Source: Leptospiraceae bacterium (GTDB lineage: Bacteria; Spirochaetota; Leptospiria; Leptospirales; Leptonemataceae). From it: DNA of 64,000 bases. The DNA lies in contig JAVJNR010000005.1 of assembly GCA_040217195.1 (NCBI GenBank), positions 96,001-160,000 of the forward strand, read 5' to 3'. The notes under the pieces were generated by a model, which worked only from the letters and a program-made list of their open reading frames with translations, was not told the DNA's origin and ran no database searches. Positions 1 to 9,508 of the stretch are shown here, in pieces (the stretch's first letter is position 1; each line of letters starts with the position of its first letter). Made by a program: the position numbers and the translations under genes.

Positions 1-1
1 T

Positions 2-892
2 TTCCACGGCCGCACCGTCTTCGAACTTCACAGAGCCGCGGCCCTCCAGCCAGCGAATCTCTCCATCCGGAGTTCTAATCCTGTGTTCCACCTGATATGG
101 CGATCCCGGATTCTTGATGGCCATATCCATGGATTTTCTCAATAGCTCCCGATCCTCATCCAGAATCATTCGGAGGTAGCCGGCTAGAGAACCGTCGAAT
201 TCTTCGGCTTTGACACCAAATATAGAAGGCACATTCGATGACCAGAATACCTCTCCGGTTCGCACATTCAGATACCAGTGACCGATGTTACCCTGCTCCA
301 TTATGTTGCTAAGCGAACGAATCAAGGACCGATTTTCGGACCTGGCTTCATCGCTTTCTTTCAGGGCTCTTCTGGTTGCCTGCCATCCAAGCCAGTATAT
401 GATCACTGCCACAAAGAAATAGTTAACGCGACGAAACCATTCGGCATAAGGCATAGGATCGGATTGTGCTGCAATGTTTCCCTGGGCAGTAAGGTAAGCC
501 ACACCACCGGAAAATGCGGTGGCCAGGATAGCCGTCCCAACTACGGCTCTGGGACCGAACAGAACGCCGGCCATCATAATGGCCAGTAGATTGAGCATGA
601 TGATGGTGTCGTAAATGCCCATCCCCTGTAGAGGTTGGAGATTTGCCGCAGCGAGGAATACTGCAATGAGCAGAGTTCCGGCCGTTCTGGAATAGCCCTT
701 TCGAAGAAGCACCATCAGAATAATGCAGACAGTGCAGGTAATACCAGACAGATATAGAAAACGAGTACCCAGGATCTGGAACAATCCCAGGGGAAAAAGA
801 AACGCTGCACTGGCAATAAAAAGCCAGAGGGCTGCAGGTGCCAGAACCCGGGTTCTTCGTTCATGAGCTGCCGAATCAAATTGCAGCGGCAT
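2..892 (-). CDS. Membrane-bound PAS-domain sensor protein (N-terminal part, runs off left edge; probably a histidine kinase or similar)
   Basis: Not in the ORF track because it has no stop in the window. ATG at 892 with AAGG upstream, a hydrophobic N-terminal half, then a PAS_3-like segment IGHWYLNVRTGEVFWSSNVPSIFG...YQVEHRIRTPDGEIRWLEGRG in frame to position 2. Confidence 0.8.
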   Translation of the reverse strand, partial: MPLQFDSAAHERRTRVLAPAALWLFIASAAFLFPLGLFQILGTRFLYLSGITCTVCIILMVLLRKGYSRTAGTLLIAVFLAAANLQPLQGMGIYDTIIMLNLLAIMMAGVLFGPRAVVGTAILATAFSGGVAYLTAQGNIAAQSDPMPYAEWFRRVNYFFVAVIIYWLGWQATRRALKESDEARSENRSLIRSLSNIMEQGNIGHWYLNVRTGEVFWSSNVPSIFGVKAEEFDGSLAGYLRMILDEDRELLRKSMDMAIKNPGSPYQVEHRIRTPDGEIRWLEGRGSVKFEDGAAVE

Positions 893-989
893 CAACCTTT
901 TTTCAATCCAGCCAATCAAACGATACACCCATAATGCCCCGAAGTTTGTGATCTATTTTATAGTCCATATTTGCGCAACCGAGAAAAAC

Positions 990-1017
990 TTGCAGCACCC
1001 CGGTCCGAACCTAAACT
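990..1017 (+). promoter_or_regulatory. Putative sigma70 promoter (TTGCAG-N16-TAAACT), leaderless geometry
   Basis: The -10-like hexamer ends 5 nt before ATG 1023 and there is no Shine-Dalgarno sequence. Confidence 0.35.
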
Positions 1018-1022
1018 TAGAT

Positions 1023-1697
1023 ATGCCTTCCTTTTTCGGTAAAGAATACATTCAATTCTTCCGCGCTCTGGAAAAAAACAACAATAAAGAGTGGTTCCAG
1101 AAGAATCGCAAAGAATATGAAAACTACGTCCGATCACCTTTTCTGGAATACGTAGCTTCCATTGCACTAAAAATGCAGAAAGCCGGTTGGAACATTGAAA
1201 CAGACCCCGCTCGCTGCATTTCCAGGATAAACCGAGATATTCGTTTTTCCAAAGACAAAGCACCGTACAATGTATATATGACGGCCTTTTTCTCGCAAAG
1301 GGGTAGCAATGATAAATCTCTGCCAGGTTTCTTTTTAAGATTTGGCGCCCGGGATACAACTTTCATGGCAGGAAGCTATGGCCCAACTACAGAGCAGCTA
1401 AAATCCATCCGGACTCATATAGCATCCGATACAGAATCATTCAAAAAGTTAATTAAGGACAAGAATCTAGTCCATCATTTTGGACAAATTCTGGGAGAAA
1501 AAAATAAGCGACTATCGCCAGAATACCAGGGCTTGCTGGAATCAATACCGGACCTGGCACGAAAGCAATTCTACTTTATTCGAGAAGAGAAGCCTGATTT
1601 CATAGTCCAACCTGATTTAATGAAAAAGACGATGGAGCTGTGGAAGGTGGCAAGACCGTTCAATGATTATCTGATAGAGGCTCACCATGGCATATAG
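1023..1697 (+). CDS. DUF2461 (TIGR02453) family protein
   Basis: FFRALEKNNNKEWFQKNRKEYE and RINRDIRFSKDKAPY signatures. ATG 1023 is preferred over GTG 948. Confidence 0.85.
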   Translation: MPSFFGKEYIQFFRALEKNNNKEWFQKNRKEYENYVRSPFLEYVASIALKMQKAGWNIETDPARCISRINRDIRFSKDKAPYNVYMTAFFSQRGSNDKSLPGFFLRFGARDTTFMAGSYGPTTEQLKSIRTHIASDTESFKKLIKDKNLVHHFGQILGEKNKRLSPEYQGLLESIPDLARKQFYFIREEKPDFIVQPDLMKKTMELWKVARPFNDYLIEAHHGI

Positions 1698-2070
1698 CGA
1701 AAAACTGGCAGATCGAATCCGTAAGCTTTTCCATGAGAAACAGTGCGCCTACGAAGAAAAAAAGATGATGGGAGGGCTCTGCTTCATGGTGGATGATAAG
1801 ATGTGTATGGGCCTGCTACAGGACAAATCAACCGGAGCCGATCTGCTAATGGCTCGAATTGGACCGGAGCAGTACGATCAAGCCTTACAGGAAAAAGGCT
1901 GCAAGCCCATGGATTTCACAGGTCGTCCCATGAAGGGAATGGTTTTCATAGAAGACCAGGCCATCCAGGATAAAAGAAGCCTGAAGCGATGGATGGATCG
2001 ATGCCTGAAATACAATCCAGTTGCGAATAGAAGCAAACCGTCTAAAAAGCCAAAACGGGCCGCAAGGTAA
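1687..2070 (+). CDS. TfoX/Sxy N-terminal domain family protein
   Basis: MAYSEKLADRIR...EEKKMMGGLCFMVDDKMC...MDFTGRPMKG; overlaps the upstream stop. Confidence 0.85.
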   Translation: MAYSEKLADRIRKLFHEKQCAYEEKKMMGGLCFMVDDKMCMGLLQDKSTGADLLMARIGPEQYDQALQEKGCKPMDFTGRPMKGMVFIEDQAIQDKRSLKRWMDRCLKYNPVANRSKPSKKPKRAAR

Positions 2071-2247
2071 AGATTCCCCGCTCAGTTCCGGCTACCGCAC
2101 AATTCAAAGGCACTTCTATTGAAATACTTTTAACCCAGAAACCAGCAAGCACAGTCAGCAAAAAGGTTTCCGCGGGAATTTCGTAGAACCGATTTTTCGC
2201 TTGCTATTTCTCAGCTCTGACTATCATGGCGAGCACAGGGAGCGACC

Positions 2248-2946
2248 ATGAAACGAATTCTATTTACTTTTGCACTGAGTCTACTGAGCGTTACATTCCT
2301 TCAATGCGGGAATCCCACAGAAGCACTGTATAAGAAATACCATGAAGTGGTATCTTCAGTAGGAGAGCTGGACGATGCGAAGATGCAGCAATACATTAAG
2401 ACCATGCGCATTCTACGCAAGCAGGGAATCCAGTTCCAGCAATGGCTGGCAGAAAATCCAAATGGTGGACAGGAAGGTTTCAACAAGATTGAAGCGGCCA
2501 TCAAGGAAGGTGGTTTCGATGATTATGCTACCTTTGTGAAGGTAAATGCCAAGGTTGCCTGGGCATGGAACATGGCTCAGGCTCAAGTTGGTATGGAAAA
2601 GCAAAAGGATCTAAACCAGGCTTCCCAGGATATGACTCAGCAGGGCATCGATCTAATTGATCAGCAATTGGCGGACCCCAATATTCCCGAAGAAACCAAA
2701 GCGGAATTGCGACAGACTCGCCAGCAGCTAGCCACTCAAAAAGAAGAAATTGCAGAGACCTGGGATAAGAATAAAGTATATGCCGATTGGGCCATGAAAG
2801 TTGTAGGACCTCTTACCAACGATGAAGAGGTGGCCATGGTCAAAAAATACGAACCGGAGTTAATGGAAGTTTTTACGGGCTTGAGCAAAGAACAGATAGA
2901 TCAAATCCATGAACTTTCCATGCCTCAGCTGGACCTGGAGCCATGA
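2248..2946 (+). CDS. Hypothetical lipoprotein, largely helical/coiled-coil
   Basis: Signal peptide ending FLQC (spirochaetal lipobox); GGGAG RBS. Confidence 0.7.
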   Translation: MKRILFTFALSLLSVTFLQCGNPTEALYKKYHEVVSSVGELDDAKMQQYIKTMRILRKQGIQFQQWLAENPNGGQEGFNKIEAAIKEGGFDDYATFVKVNAKVAWAWNMAQAQVGMEKQKDLNQASQDMTQQGIDLIDQQLADPNIPEETKAELRQTRQQLATQKEEIAETWDKNKVYADWAMKVVGPLTNDEEVAMVKKYEPELMEVFTGLSKEQIDQIHELSMPQLDLEP

Positions 2947-3308
2947 GCCATTCCGTCTGGTTTGAAATACCGGTCCTGGATCTGGAGCAGGCCAAATTGT
3001 TCTACGAACATGTTTTGCAGGAAGAATTGACTCTTCATGAACTGGGACCTTTACGGATGGCCTGGTTTCCTATGGAAAAAGGAAAACCAGGTTCCACCGG
3101 AACCCTGGTACAGGCTCAAACCTATGAGCCTTCTTATAGCGGAACCCTCATCTATCTGGAGGTGAAAGATATTAACGCTACGCTCCATCGAGTGGAGGAA
3201 AAAGGCGGCAAGATAATCAATTCAAGAACACAGATCGGAGAGAACGGATTCGTAGCTCACTTTGAGGATTGCGAAGGAAATCGTGTGGGTCTTCATAGCA
3301 CAGACTGA
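2943..3308 (+). CDS. VOC/glyoxalase family protein
   Basis: WFEIPVLDLEQAKLFY...GFVAHFEDCEGNRVGLHS; ATGA coupling to the upstream gene. Confidence 0.9.
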   Translation: MSHSVWFEIPVLDLEQAKLFYEHVLQEELTLHELGPLRMAWFPMEKGKPGSTGTLVQAQTYEPSYSGTLIYLEVKDINATLHRVEEKGGKIINSRTQIGENGFVAHFEDCEGNRVGLHSTD

Positions 3309-3477
3309 CTCGATTCGTCGGTCCGGAATGCCGGGCTATTCGCGATTGCCTTGATGCACTGTCCGTTCGCCTGGATGGTATTGCGGCTACAAAATGGATT
3401 GCTTGCCGGCTCTGGTTGGCCCATAGATGCGTGCGCTCTTTAGCATCACATCCCATATCTGTTACAGAAACCTGCAA

Positions 3478-4857
3478 TCAGCCCTTTGCTGAAACAGTTC
3501 CAAGAATACCCTGTAGTTCATCGAGAAATGATTCCATCAATCCCCGCGGCCATCTCGCTGAATCTATATGCAATGTAAGGGTCAGTCTATCTTCGTAGGT
3601 AGTGGCCGCCACAAACATTACCTGGGAAACCGAAGGATGTACTGTAAAAGTAACATTGGTAACTTCCCAATCTTGATTATGGATTGCAGGCAGGCTGCCA
3701 ACTACCCCGGCGTTACTGAATGCAAGCGCCTGTGGAAGCCTCTGAATGAGAGCTCCATACGCTTTTCCAGGATCTGATTTTCCCAGATACCGGGCCGGCT
3801 GAGGAAGCAATCTATAGAAATCCAGAGGATTGCTCTTAAGCTGGGAATGTACATCTTTGCTAATTGTTCTGGCCAGTTCCCAGAAACTCTCAGAGGCCGC
3901 AGTATGCTCTTGCAGCACCGGAACATCCACCGTTGTAGTTATGAGAGAAATGTACAATGCAAGTTCTTCTGCAGGCGATTCTGATCGAACGCTGCTTCGC
4001 ATGTCTGCAGGGCTGGCCAGGGCCATCCGGTTGCTGGAGTCTGCATTTTCAGTTTCTCTAGTGGAATTATCAGAGCTGTATTTCAAATCTACATTGGCCA
4101 GAGCTTCAAGAAGGCAGGCGCCCAGAACACCATGCAGTGTGGCTCCCTTCTCCTTTCCAGTCCTGCGAAGAGTCTTTAATTGCTCTGCTTGAATCTGAAC
4201 TTCTTCCAACCGGGCGGTGGCGGGTCCCTTACGCTTCTGAAAAAGAGATATCGGTCTGGCCGGGTTCGGCTCCATGACTGGTTCTGTTTCAGGGGCCTGC
4301 AACCTTTCATGGAGTCCCGCAGGAAAACCCGAATTGATGCCTTCCTCGCTCGGTGCAACATTTGCAGAGGACTTTGCATCTATTGGTTGGTCAGAAATTC
4401 GTTGAAAGAGCTGCTCAAGTAGCTTCAGTCCGCTGCGTCCATCCGCTATGGAATGATGAAAAATAAGATAGAGGCGGAATGTACCCTGGCTGCGAAGCAA
4501 TCCGCAGCGCATGAGCGGGCATTCGTTTTCGAAGGGCTCCATTATTGCATCGGCCACGCTCTGATTGAAAGCCGTTGTGCTATTTTCAGTGTTAATTAAG
4601 TCTTCGTTCCGAAATGAAACTTCCGGGAGTTTCTCTGGCTCCACTTCGGAAAATTTCAATCCATTTTCCATGTCATGCAAAATAGAGATTCGCAGCATTG
4701 GATGTTGTTCTTGAATCCAATTAAGCCCCTTCCTTATGGATTCCGGATTCGGAGAACCAGTACCATCTGCATAGACAGCGAAGTTCATGGAAGAAGCCCG
4801 ATCAAGTAGCCAGAAGGTACTTTCAGCCAGGTCCAGTTCGCGAAGAATTTTGCTCAT
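3478..4857 (-). CDS. Stand-alone condensation-domain / PapA5- or alcohol-acetyltransferase-like CoA-dependent acyltransferase
   Basis: HHSIADG (HHxxxDG) motif, HPMLR, SPADMR, FSNAG. Start taken at MSKILREL (4857). Confidence 0.75.
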   Translation of the reverse strand: MSKILRELDLAESTFWLLDRASSMNFAVYADGTGSPNPESIRKGLNWIQEQHPMLRISILHDMENGLKFSEVEPEKLPEVSFRNEDLINTENSTTAFNQSVADAIMEPFENECPLMRCGLLRSQGTFRLYLIFHHSIADGRSGLKLLEQLFQRISDQPIDAKSSANVAPSEEGINSGFPAGLHERLQAPETEPVMEPNPARPISLFQKRKGPATARLEEVQIQAEQLKTLRRTGKEKGATLHGVLGACLLEALANVDLKYSSDNSTRETENADSSNRMALASPADMRSSVRSESPAEELALYISLITTTVDVPVLQEHTAASESFWELARTISKDVHSQLKSNPLDFYRLLPQPARYLGKSDPGKAYGALIQRLPQALAFSNAGVVGSLPAIHNQDWEVTNVTFTVHPSVSQVMFVAATTYEDRLTLTLHIDSARWPRGLMESFLDELQGILGTVSAKG

Positions 4858-4903
4858 AGAACCAAGCTTTATCGCGGGGCATGATCTGAAAAGTGGAATG
4901 CTT

Positions 4904-5329
4904 TCAGTGCACAATTCCTTCGAGAAAATATAGAACGATTAACCCTGAAATAAAAAGACATAATGGAGAATAGAGCACTGTATCCATACGTGCAAAGTCA
5001 CTGCCACCGATTCGCTTCAAGAATCCAATGTATTTAAAATCTCCAATGGCGCGAATCAAGAAAAGGCCTGCGATAATCCATCCTGGAATTGACCAGTAGC
5101 CCTGAAATGTATGCATCCACTGACCTGCCAGAAAGTAAGTAGCCATGGTAGCCAGGCCTCCAGCCACCAGCAGAGTTATCCCCTTTCCAGGGTTGAACAG
5201 TGGCTCTCCATTTTCCCTTACCGGAATGGACTTTCTAAAACCGGCAGTTCCTCCAAGGGCCCAGTATACATGCAGCACAGAAAGCACAGAAAAGATAGTT
5301 CCAAGGACTATAGGAATATATTGAATCAC
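4904..5329 (-). CDS. DUF3995 family membrane protein
   Basis: LHVYWALGG and RAIGDFKYIGF...DTVLYSPLCL motifs. Start uncertain (GTG 5329 chosen). Confidence 0.75.
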   Translation of the reverse strand: MIQYIPIVLGTIFSVLSVLHVYWALGGTAGFRKSIPVRENGEPLFNPGKGITLLVAGGLATMATYFLAGQWMHTFQGYWSIPGWIIAGLFLIRAIGDFKYIGFLKRIGGSDFARMDTVLYSPLCLFISGLIVLYFLEGIVH

Positions 5330-5625
5330 ATCTGATGAAATCCCGAATTCACGGCAATGTAAAGTCAATTCGGTCTGTTGTACTGGACATAACCTGCTTG
5401 CCAGAATAGCCCCGAACTGATACGTTGCATTTGCTCCTATTGAATGTAGCCAGACCACCGTGGTTTTCGGTATCACGACCTATCTTCATTCCTGGCTGCC
5501 CGCTTTCTGCGTTTCAGCCGGACAGGAAAATCGAAACGGGAAGCATTGTATTTCCACGTATACCATTCTAAATCAAAATGCTATACCTGGGCAGCCACAT
5601 GCCTTCCCGCTATGAGAGGTATCAT

Positions 5626-5841
5626 ATGGCAGGAAAGCAAAGGCCCACCATGGGTAAGCGCATCCGCGAAAAGAACAAAAGAGAGAAAAAGCAGGCCAAG
5701 CTGGATGAGCGAGCCCGCAGAAAAGCAGAAGGGGGCATTGTAAGCGATGACATCGTTGATGTTTCCTCACTGATTCCTGATCCCGATGTATACGGCGAGG
5801 AAACTGTAGACGTTCCCGAAGAAGAGGAAGAAGAGAAATAA
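5626..5841 (+). CDS. Small bipolar charged hypothetical protein (basic N-half, acidic C-half)
   Basis: GAGAGG RBS before ATG 5626; 71-aa ORF. Confidence 0.7.
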   Translation: MAGKQRPTMGKRIREKNKREKKQAKLDERARRKAEGGIVSDDIVDVSSLIPDPDVYGEETVDVPEEEEEEK

Positions 5842-5905
5842 CCAGCCCGGAAAGCAGCCTTCCGCAATGTCACGGCAAAAGCGGAATCGCTGCTGACTTA
5901 AAATC

Positions 5906-8332
5906 CTAGAAATTCAGCCCGAACGTCAGTGGCGCAATGCCGTTCTCATGAACGTTGATCAGCCCAATCTGCATGCCGTTCAGGTCTTCCGCATAGTTGA
6001 ATAGACCCAGCATAAGTCCATCGGCTTCCTGCGCCATATTCCAGAGACCTACGGACAGGACATTGCCTCTATAACTGAGATTTATCATGCCCAGTTGTGC
6101 TGAATGTCCTCTCCAGGCTCCATTCACCAGGCCAATCTGAAATCCCGGTTCATCAGAAAAGTTAAGAAGTCCGGCCTGAACCCAGTTCTCCTCCGACCAG
6201 TTAAATACTCCAGCCTGCAGAACTCCGTGTTCTTGCTCATTGTTCACAAATGCCAGCTGGAACATAGAGTTATGACTTTCATTGTAGAACGCTGAAATCT
6301 GGGCGACGCTAATCAGCGATCCATCCAGACCGGAAGGATCGTAAAGAGCTAATTCTGGATTGAAATCCGAGTCGTTAGCCACATTTCGACCCAGGACCCG
6401 GTTGGAGCCCAGAGAAATCTGGAGCCAACTTCCCATATTCGCCTGGTTATATAATCCGCCTATCTGAATCGGTGCATAGGAGGTATTGTTCCATAACCCG
6501 GCCAGCTGAATCGCAGGAACAATGCGAGCCTGATTCATGAAGCCGGACAACTGCATTGCGCTATCCTGCATGTTGATGTTTACAAGGGGCGAAAACTGGC
6601 CCATAGGAGTTGTGAATTCAGCGAAGTTGCCCAGCCATCCGATTTGCAATGGCACTTCCCGAGATACATTCAGGCCACCAATCTGTGGAAATGAGGAGCT
6701 TTCCAATCGATTAACGACCAATCCCAGTTGCAATCCTTGAACGGAGCCTTCCGTCCATGAACCCAGGGAAATGGACAGGCCGGTTACGTCCCCTTCAGTA
6801 TAAGCCACAAGAGGATTTATGGAAAGGCCTCGAAAACTTCCTGTAGTTACAGCGGTCAGCCCTGCTTGAATCCCCTGAACATCTCCATTCACTACATGAC
6901 CGGCTCCCAGCTGAATGCCATTGATTGGACCGGAAAAATTTAGAAAGCCCACGTCCAGGCCATTGATATTCTTAGAGACTCCGTAGAATACATTCAATCG
7001 CAGCCCATGGACCGAGCTGTCTTCCACAAAGAGCTGCCCTGGCATATACAGGGCCAATTGAAAAGGAGTCCAGGATGTGTCGATGTAACCAGTCTTTCGC
7101 GGGCCATCGTGCCCGGAATGCATGTTAAAAATCAAAGTAAAAGGGATGGGAGCATTTCGAGCGATGTTAAATAGACCTATCTGAAACCCGTTTAAATTTT
7201 CCGCATCGTTCACAAGTCCGATGGACAATCCAGTTTGCAGTTCGCTACGATTAAAGACTCCTAACTGAATGCACTTTGATAGATTGGTGTTGTTCATTAA
7301 TCCCAGCTGAGTTCCAATCTGATCCCCGTTATTTAATAGAGAGAACTGCAAATCGGCGCTCTCGGACAGGTTGGAAAGGGAAGAAATTTGAACACTCCCT
7401 TTGCCGTTGACGTTAATCAAGCCTGCAAATTGAAATGTGGATTGATTGCTGTAATTACCGATTCCGGCGAGCTGCACCGGACTTATCTGGCTGCGGTTGC
7501 CCAAAACGCCAAGTTGAAGCCGGCTGTTCTCCGATAGATTGAATGCTCCAGGAAACTGCAAATCCACGTTCTTACCGGAGTTCCATCCCAGAGATGTTTG
7601 CAACCAGGTATCTTCGCTATGGGTGCCGAGACCTGATAGCTGAATAAACCCGGAATTGCTCTGCGAAAAAAGGCCGCTTAGCTGAAAATAGGATGCTTCA
7701 CTGACGTTAATTCCCCCGGCTATCTGCAAAAAGGAGTTCCCCTGATTCAGATTACCCAGACCGGCCAGCTGAATTCCGGGTCCTTCGTCCATATCATTGA
7801 CTCCCAGAGTAAACTGGCCCAGGTAAGCTCGATCCCCATGATTTAAAGCAAGTCCCACCATAGGTAGATAGGCTTCATCTGTAAAATTAAATAGCCCGAG
7901 CTGCCATCCGTATTGCTTATCGTTTCCGTTAGCTATGCCGATCTGAAGTCCCACCAGTCGATTGGTGAAATTAAAAAGACCGGCCTGTACTCCTGCATGC
8001 ACGTCGCTTAGATTGACGGCCCCCACGCCCAGTCCGGCGGAAATATCATCCACCTGGTTTATGAAACCAACGTCCAGGCCGTAAATGGAATCCACCTCTC
8101 CGTAAAACACATTGTATCGAAATCCAACTACTACAGTGTCTGGATCGAATAGTTGAAAGGGAGATAGTAGCGAAAACTGAAAGGGAGTGTAGTTCTTCGC
8201 ATGAAGGGATGGTAAGCCTGAAAGGAAAATTAGAGTCAAAACTGCAAGATACTTTGATCTCGATAAGAATTGGGCCAATGCTGTGGAAGCGAATGTGTTG
8301 CGAGAAATATGATTTTTGGTTTTGAATTTCAT
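5906..8332 (-). CDS. LA_2272-family Gly/Asn/Gln repeat surface protein, two tandem modules
   Basis: Signal peptide ending LHA-K, dozens of G(L/V)Q(L/I)GxxN repeats, C-terminal FGLNF. Confidence 0.8.
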   Translation of the reverse strand: MKFKTKNHISRNTFASTALAQFLSRSKYLAVLTLIFLSGLPSLHAKNYTPFQFSLLSPFQLFDPDTVVVGFRYNVFYGEVDSIYGLDVGFINQVDDISAGLGVGAVNLSDVHAGVQAGLFNFTNRLVGLQIGIANGNDKQYGWQLGLFNFTDEAYLPMVGLALNHGDRAYLGQFTLGVNDMDEGPGIQLAGLGNLNQGNSFLQIAGGINVSEASYFQLSGLFSQSNSGFIQLSGLGTHSEDTWLQTSLGWNSGKNVDLQFPGAFNLSENSRLQLGVLGNRSQISPVQLAGIGNYSNQSTFQFAGLINVNGKGSVQISSLSNLSESADLQFSLLNNGDQIGTQLGLMNNTNLSKCIQLGVFNRSELQTGLSIGLVNDAENLNGFQIGLFNIARNAPIPFTLIFNMHSGHDGPRKTGYIDTSWTPFQLALYMPGQLFVEDSSVHGLRLNVFYGVSKNINGLDVGFLNFSGPINGIQLGAGHVVNGDVQGIQAGLTAVTTGSFRGLSINPLVAYTEGDVTGLSISLGSWTEGSVQGLQLGLVVNRLESSSFPQIGGLNVSREVPLQIGWLGNFAEFTTPMGQFSPLVNINMQDSAMQLSGFMNQARIVPAIQLAGLWNNTSYAPIQIGGLYNQANMGSWLQISLGSNRVLGRNVANDSDFNPELALYDPSGLDGSLISVAQISAFYNESHNSMFQLAFVNNEQEHGVLQAGVFNWSEENWVQAGLLNFSDEPGFQIGLVNGAWRGHSAQLGMINLSYRGNVLSVGLWNMAQEADGLMLGLFNYAEDLNGMQIGLINVHENGIAPLTFGLNF

Positions 8333-8488
8333 TTAGATTAAAGGTATTGTCAGCCAGGCCAGGCTTATTCAAGCTTGCCTGTTATGCCCGGCTAGAATCC
8401 AGTCTCTCTTTCATTCTTAGACGGAACCACAGAATACCTGTTCGACGGTACAGCCTTGACCGGTTCTGTGCCCGAAAAAAATTTAACC

Positions 8489-8779
8489 ATGTCTGGATTA
8501 CCCGGTTTCTCTGAATTCCATTCCTCTTACAAGGACATCCAGCATCCAGTTTTTGTTGCCGGAAATGGCCCTGCCATTATCCTGCTCCATGCAACCCCCC
8601 TCTATGATGACGATGGAGGTTGTTATCCAGCCACAAACTCGGAGGCTGAGTCTCTGGCCTATATTCGCTGCGTAAAGAATACCATAGCCGGAAGCTACGT
8701 TTTCCGATTTCTGGACTACGGATATCAGGGCGACGATTCAGTTAAGAATCTGGAGACTCAATCCTGCGTTGGTCTGTAG
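8489..8779 (+). pseudogene. Short, probably chimeric ORF or remnant; N-terminus resembles a dienelactone-hydrolase-type alpha/beta hydrolase
   Basis: HPVFVAGNGPAIILLH followed by unrelated sequence; no nucleophile motif; overlaps the convergent gene. Confidence 0.35.
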
Positions 8780-9368
8780 CCGGTTTCTCGGAATGCGGAT
8801 CAGTGGCGGCCCTTCCAGAACTGGTCACTGTGGAAAGGGATCCTTCCGAGGACCTGGAGGCGTAGTATAGTCGATGCCCGCCGTAAATCAGCGCAATCAG
8901 AGCCGCAGATCTCATTAATATATTAAAGATGATGCCAATACCTTCCGGATTGGAAAAAGTAGCTGCAGGTAAACCGATATCCAGCATCCCCATTAGCAGC
9001 AAAGATTTTAGCAATAGTGCAACTACAACAAGCCACACTTTCGGTTTCCAGATTACTGCTCCTGCCAGACCGGCCATAACAACCAGCTCCGCCATGTTTC
9101 CGGCCATCTCTGCATTCCAGATAGCCTCTCCGGAGCCGATGGCCAGAAGTAAAAAAATCATACCGGCCAGAACATGGGACCAGGTGAATGTAGTGTAGAA
9201 GACGAAATCCCGGCGCTTCGCATCTTTGATAGTTGCGAATTGAACAAAAAGAAATGCAATAAAGATGATTAGAGGGATGAAAAAAATCCAGCCAAGCCAG
9301 CGAGCCAACAAAAATCCCAGAACTGCACCAACAATACTTCCAATGGGATTTCCTTCCTTTTTTGCCAT
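8742..9368 (-). CDS. Hypothetical multi-pass membrane protein
   Basis: About 6 hydrophobic segments; start MAKKEGNP. Confidence 0.7.
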   Translation of the reverse strand: MAKKEGNPIGSIVGAVLGFLLARWLGWIFFIPLIIFIAFLFVQFATIKDAKRRDFVFYTTFTWSHVLAGMIFLLLAIGSGEAIWNAEMAGNMAELVVMAGLAGAVIWKPKVWLVVVALLLKSLLLMGMLDIGLPAATFSNPEGIGIIFNILMRSAALIALIYGGHRLYYASRSSEGSLSTVTSSGRAATDPHSEKPATDQRRIESPDS

Positions 9369-9508
9369 GAGCGCCTCTGACTTTCTATGGAATCCCACCG
9401 CTTACGATGTCAAATACATAAAGATGAAAGCTTGAACATCTCTGGTTATGAATCGATGAAAAAATTAACGAATTGTCTTTAGTACTGAGGTTAATCCGAG
9501 CGGGCCAT

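Noticed and set aside
278..589. Plus-strand 103-aa ORF
   Set aside because: Antisense shadow of the minus-strand PAS sensor gene.
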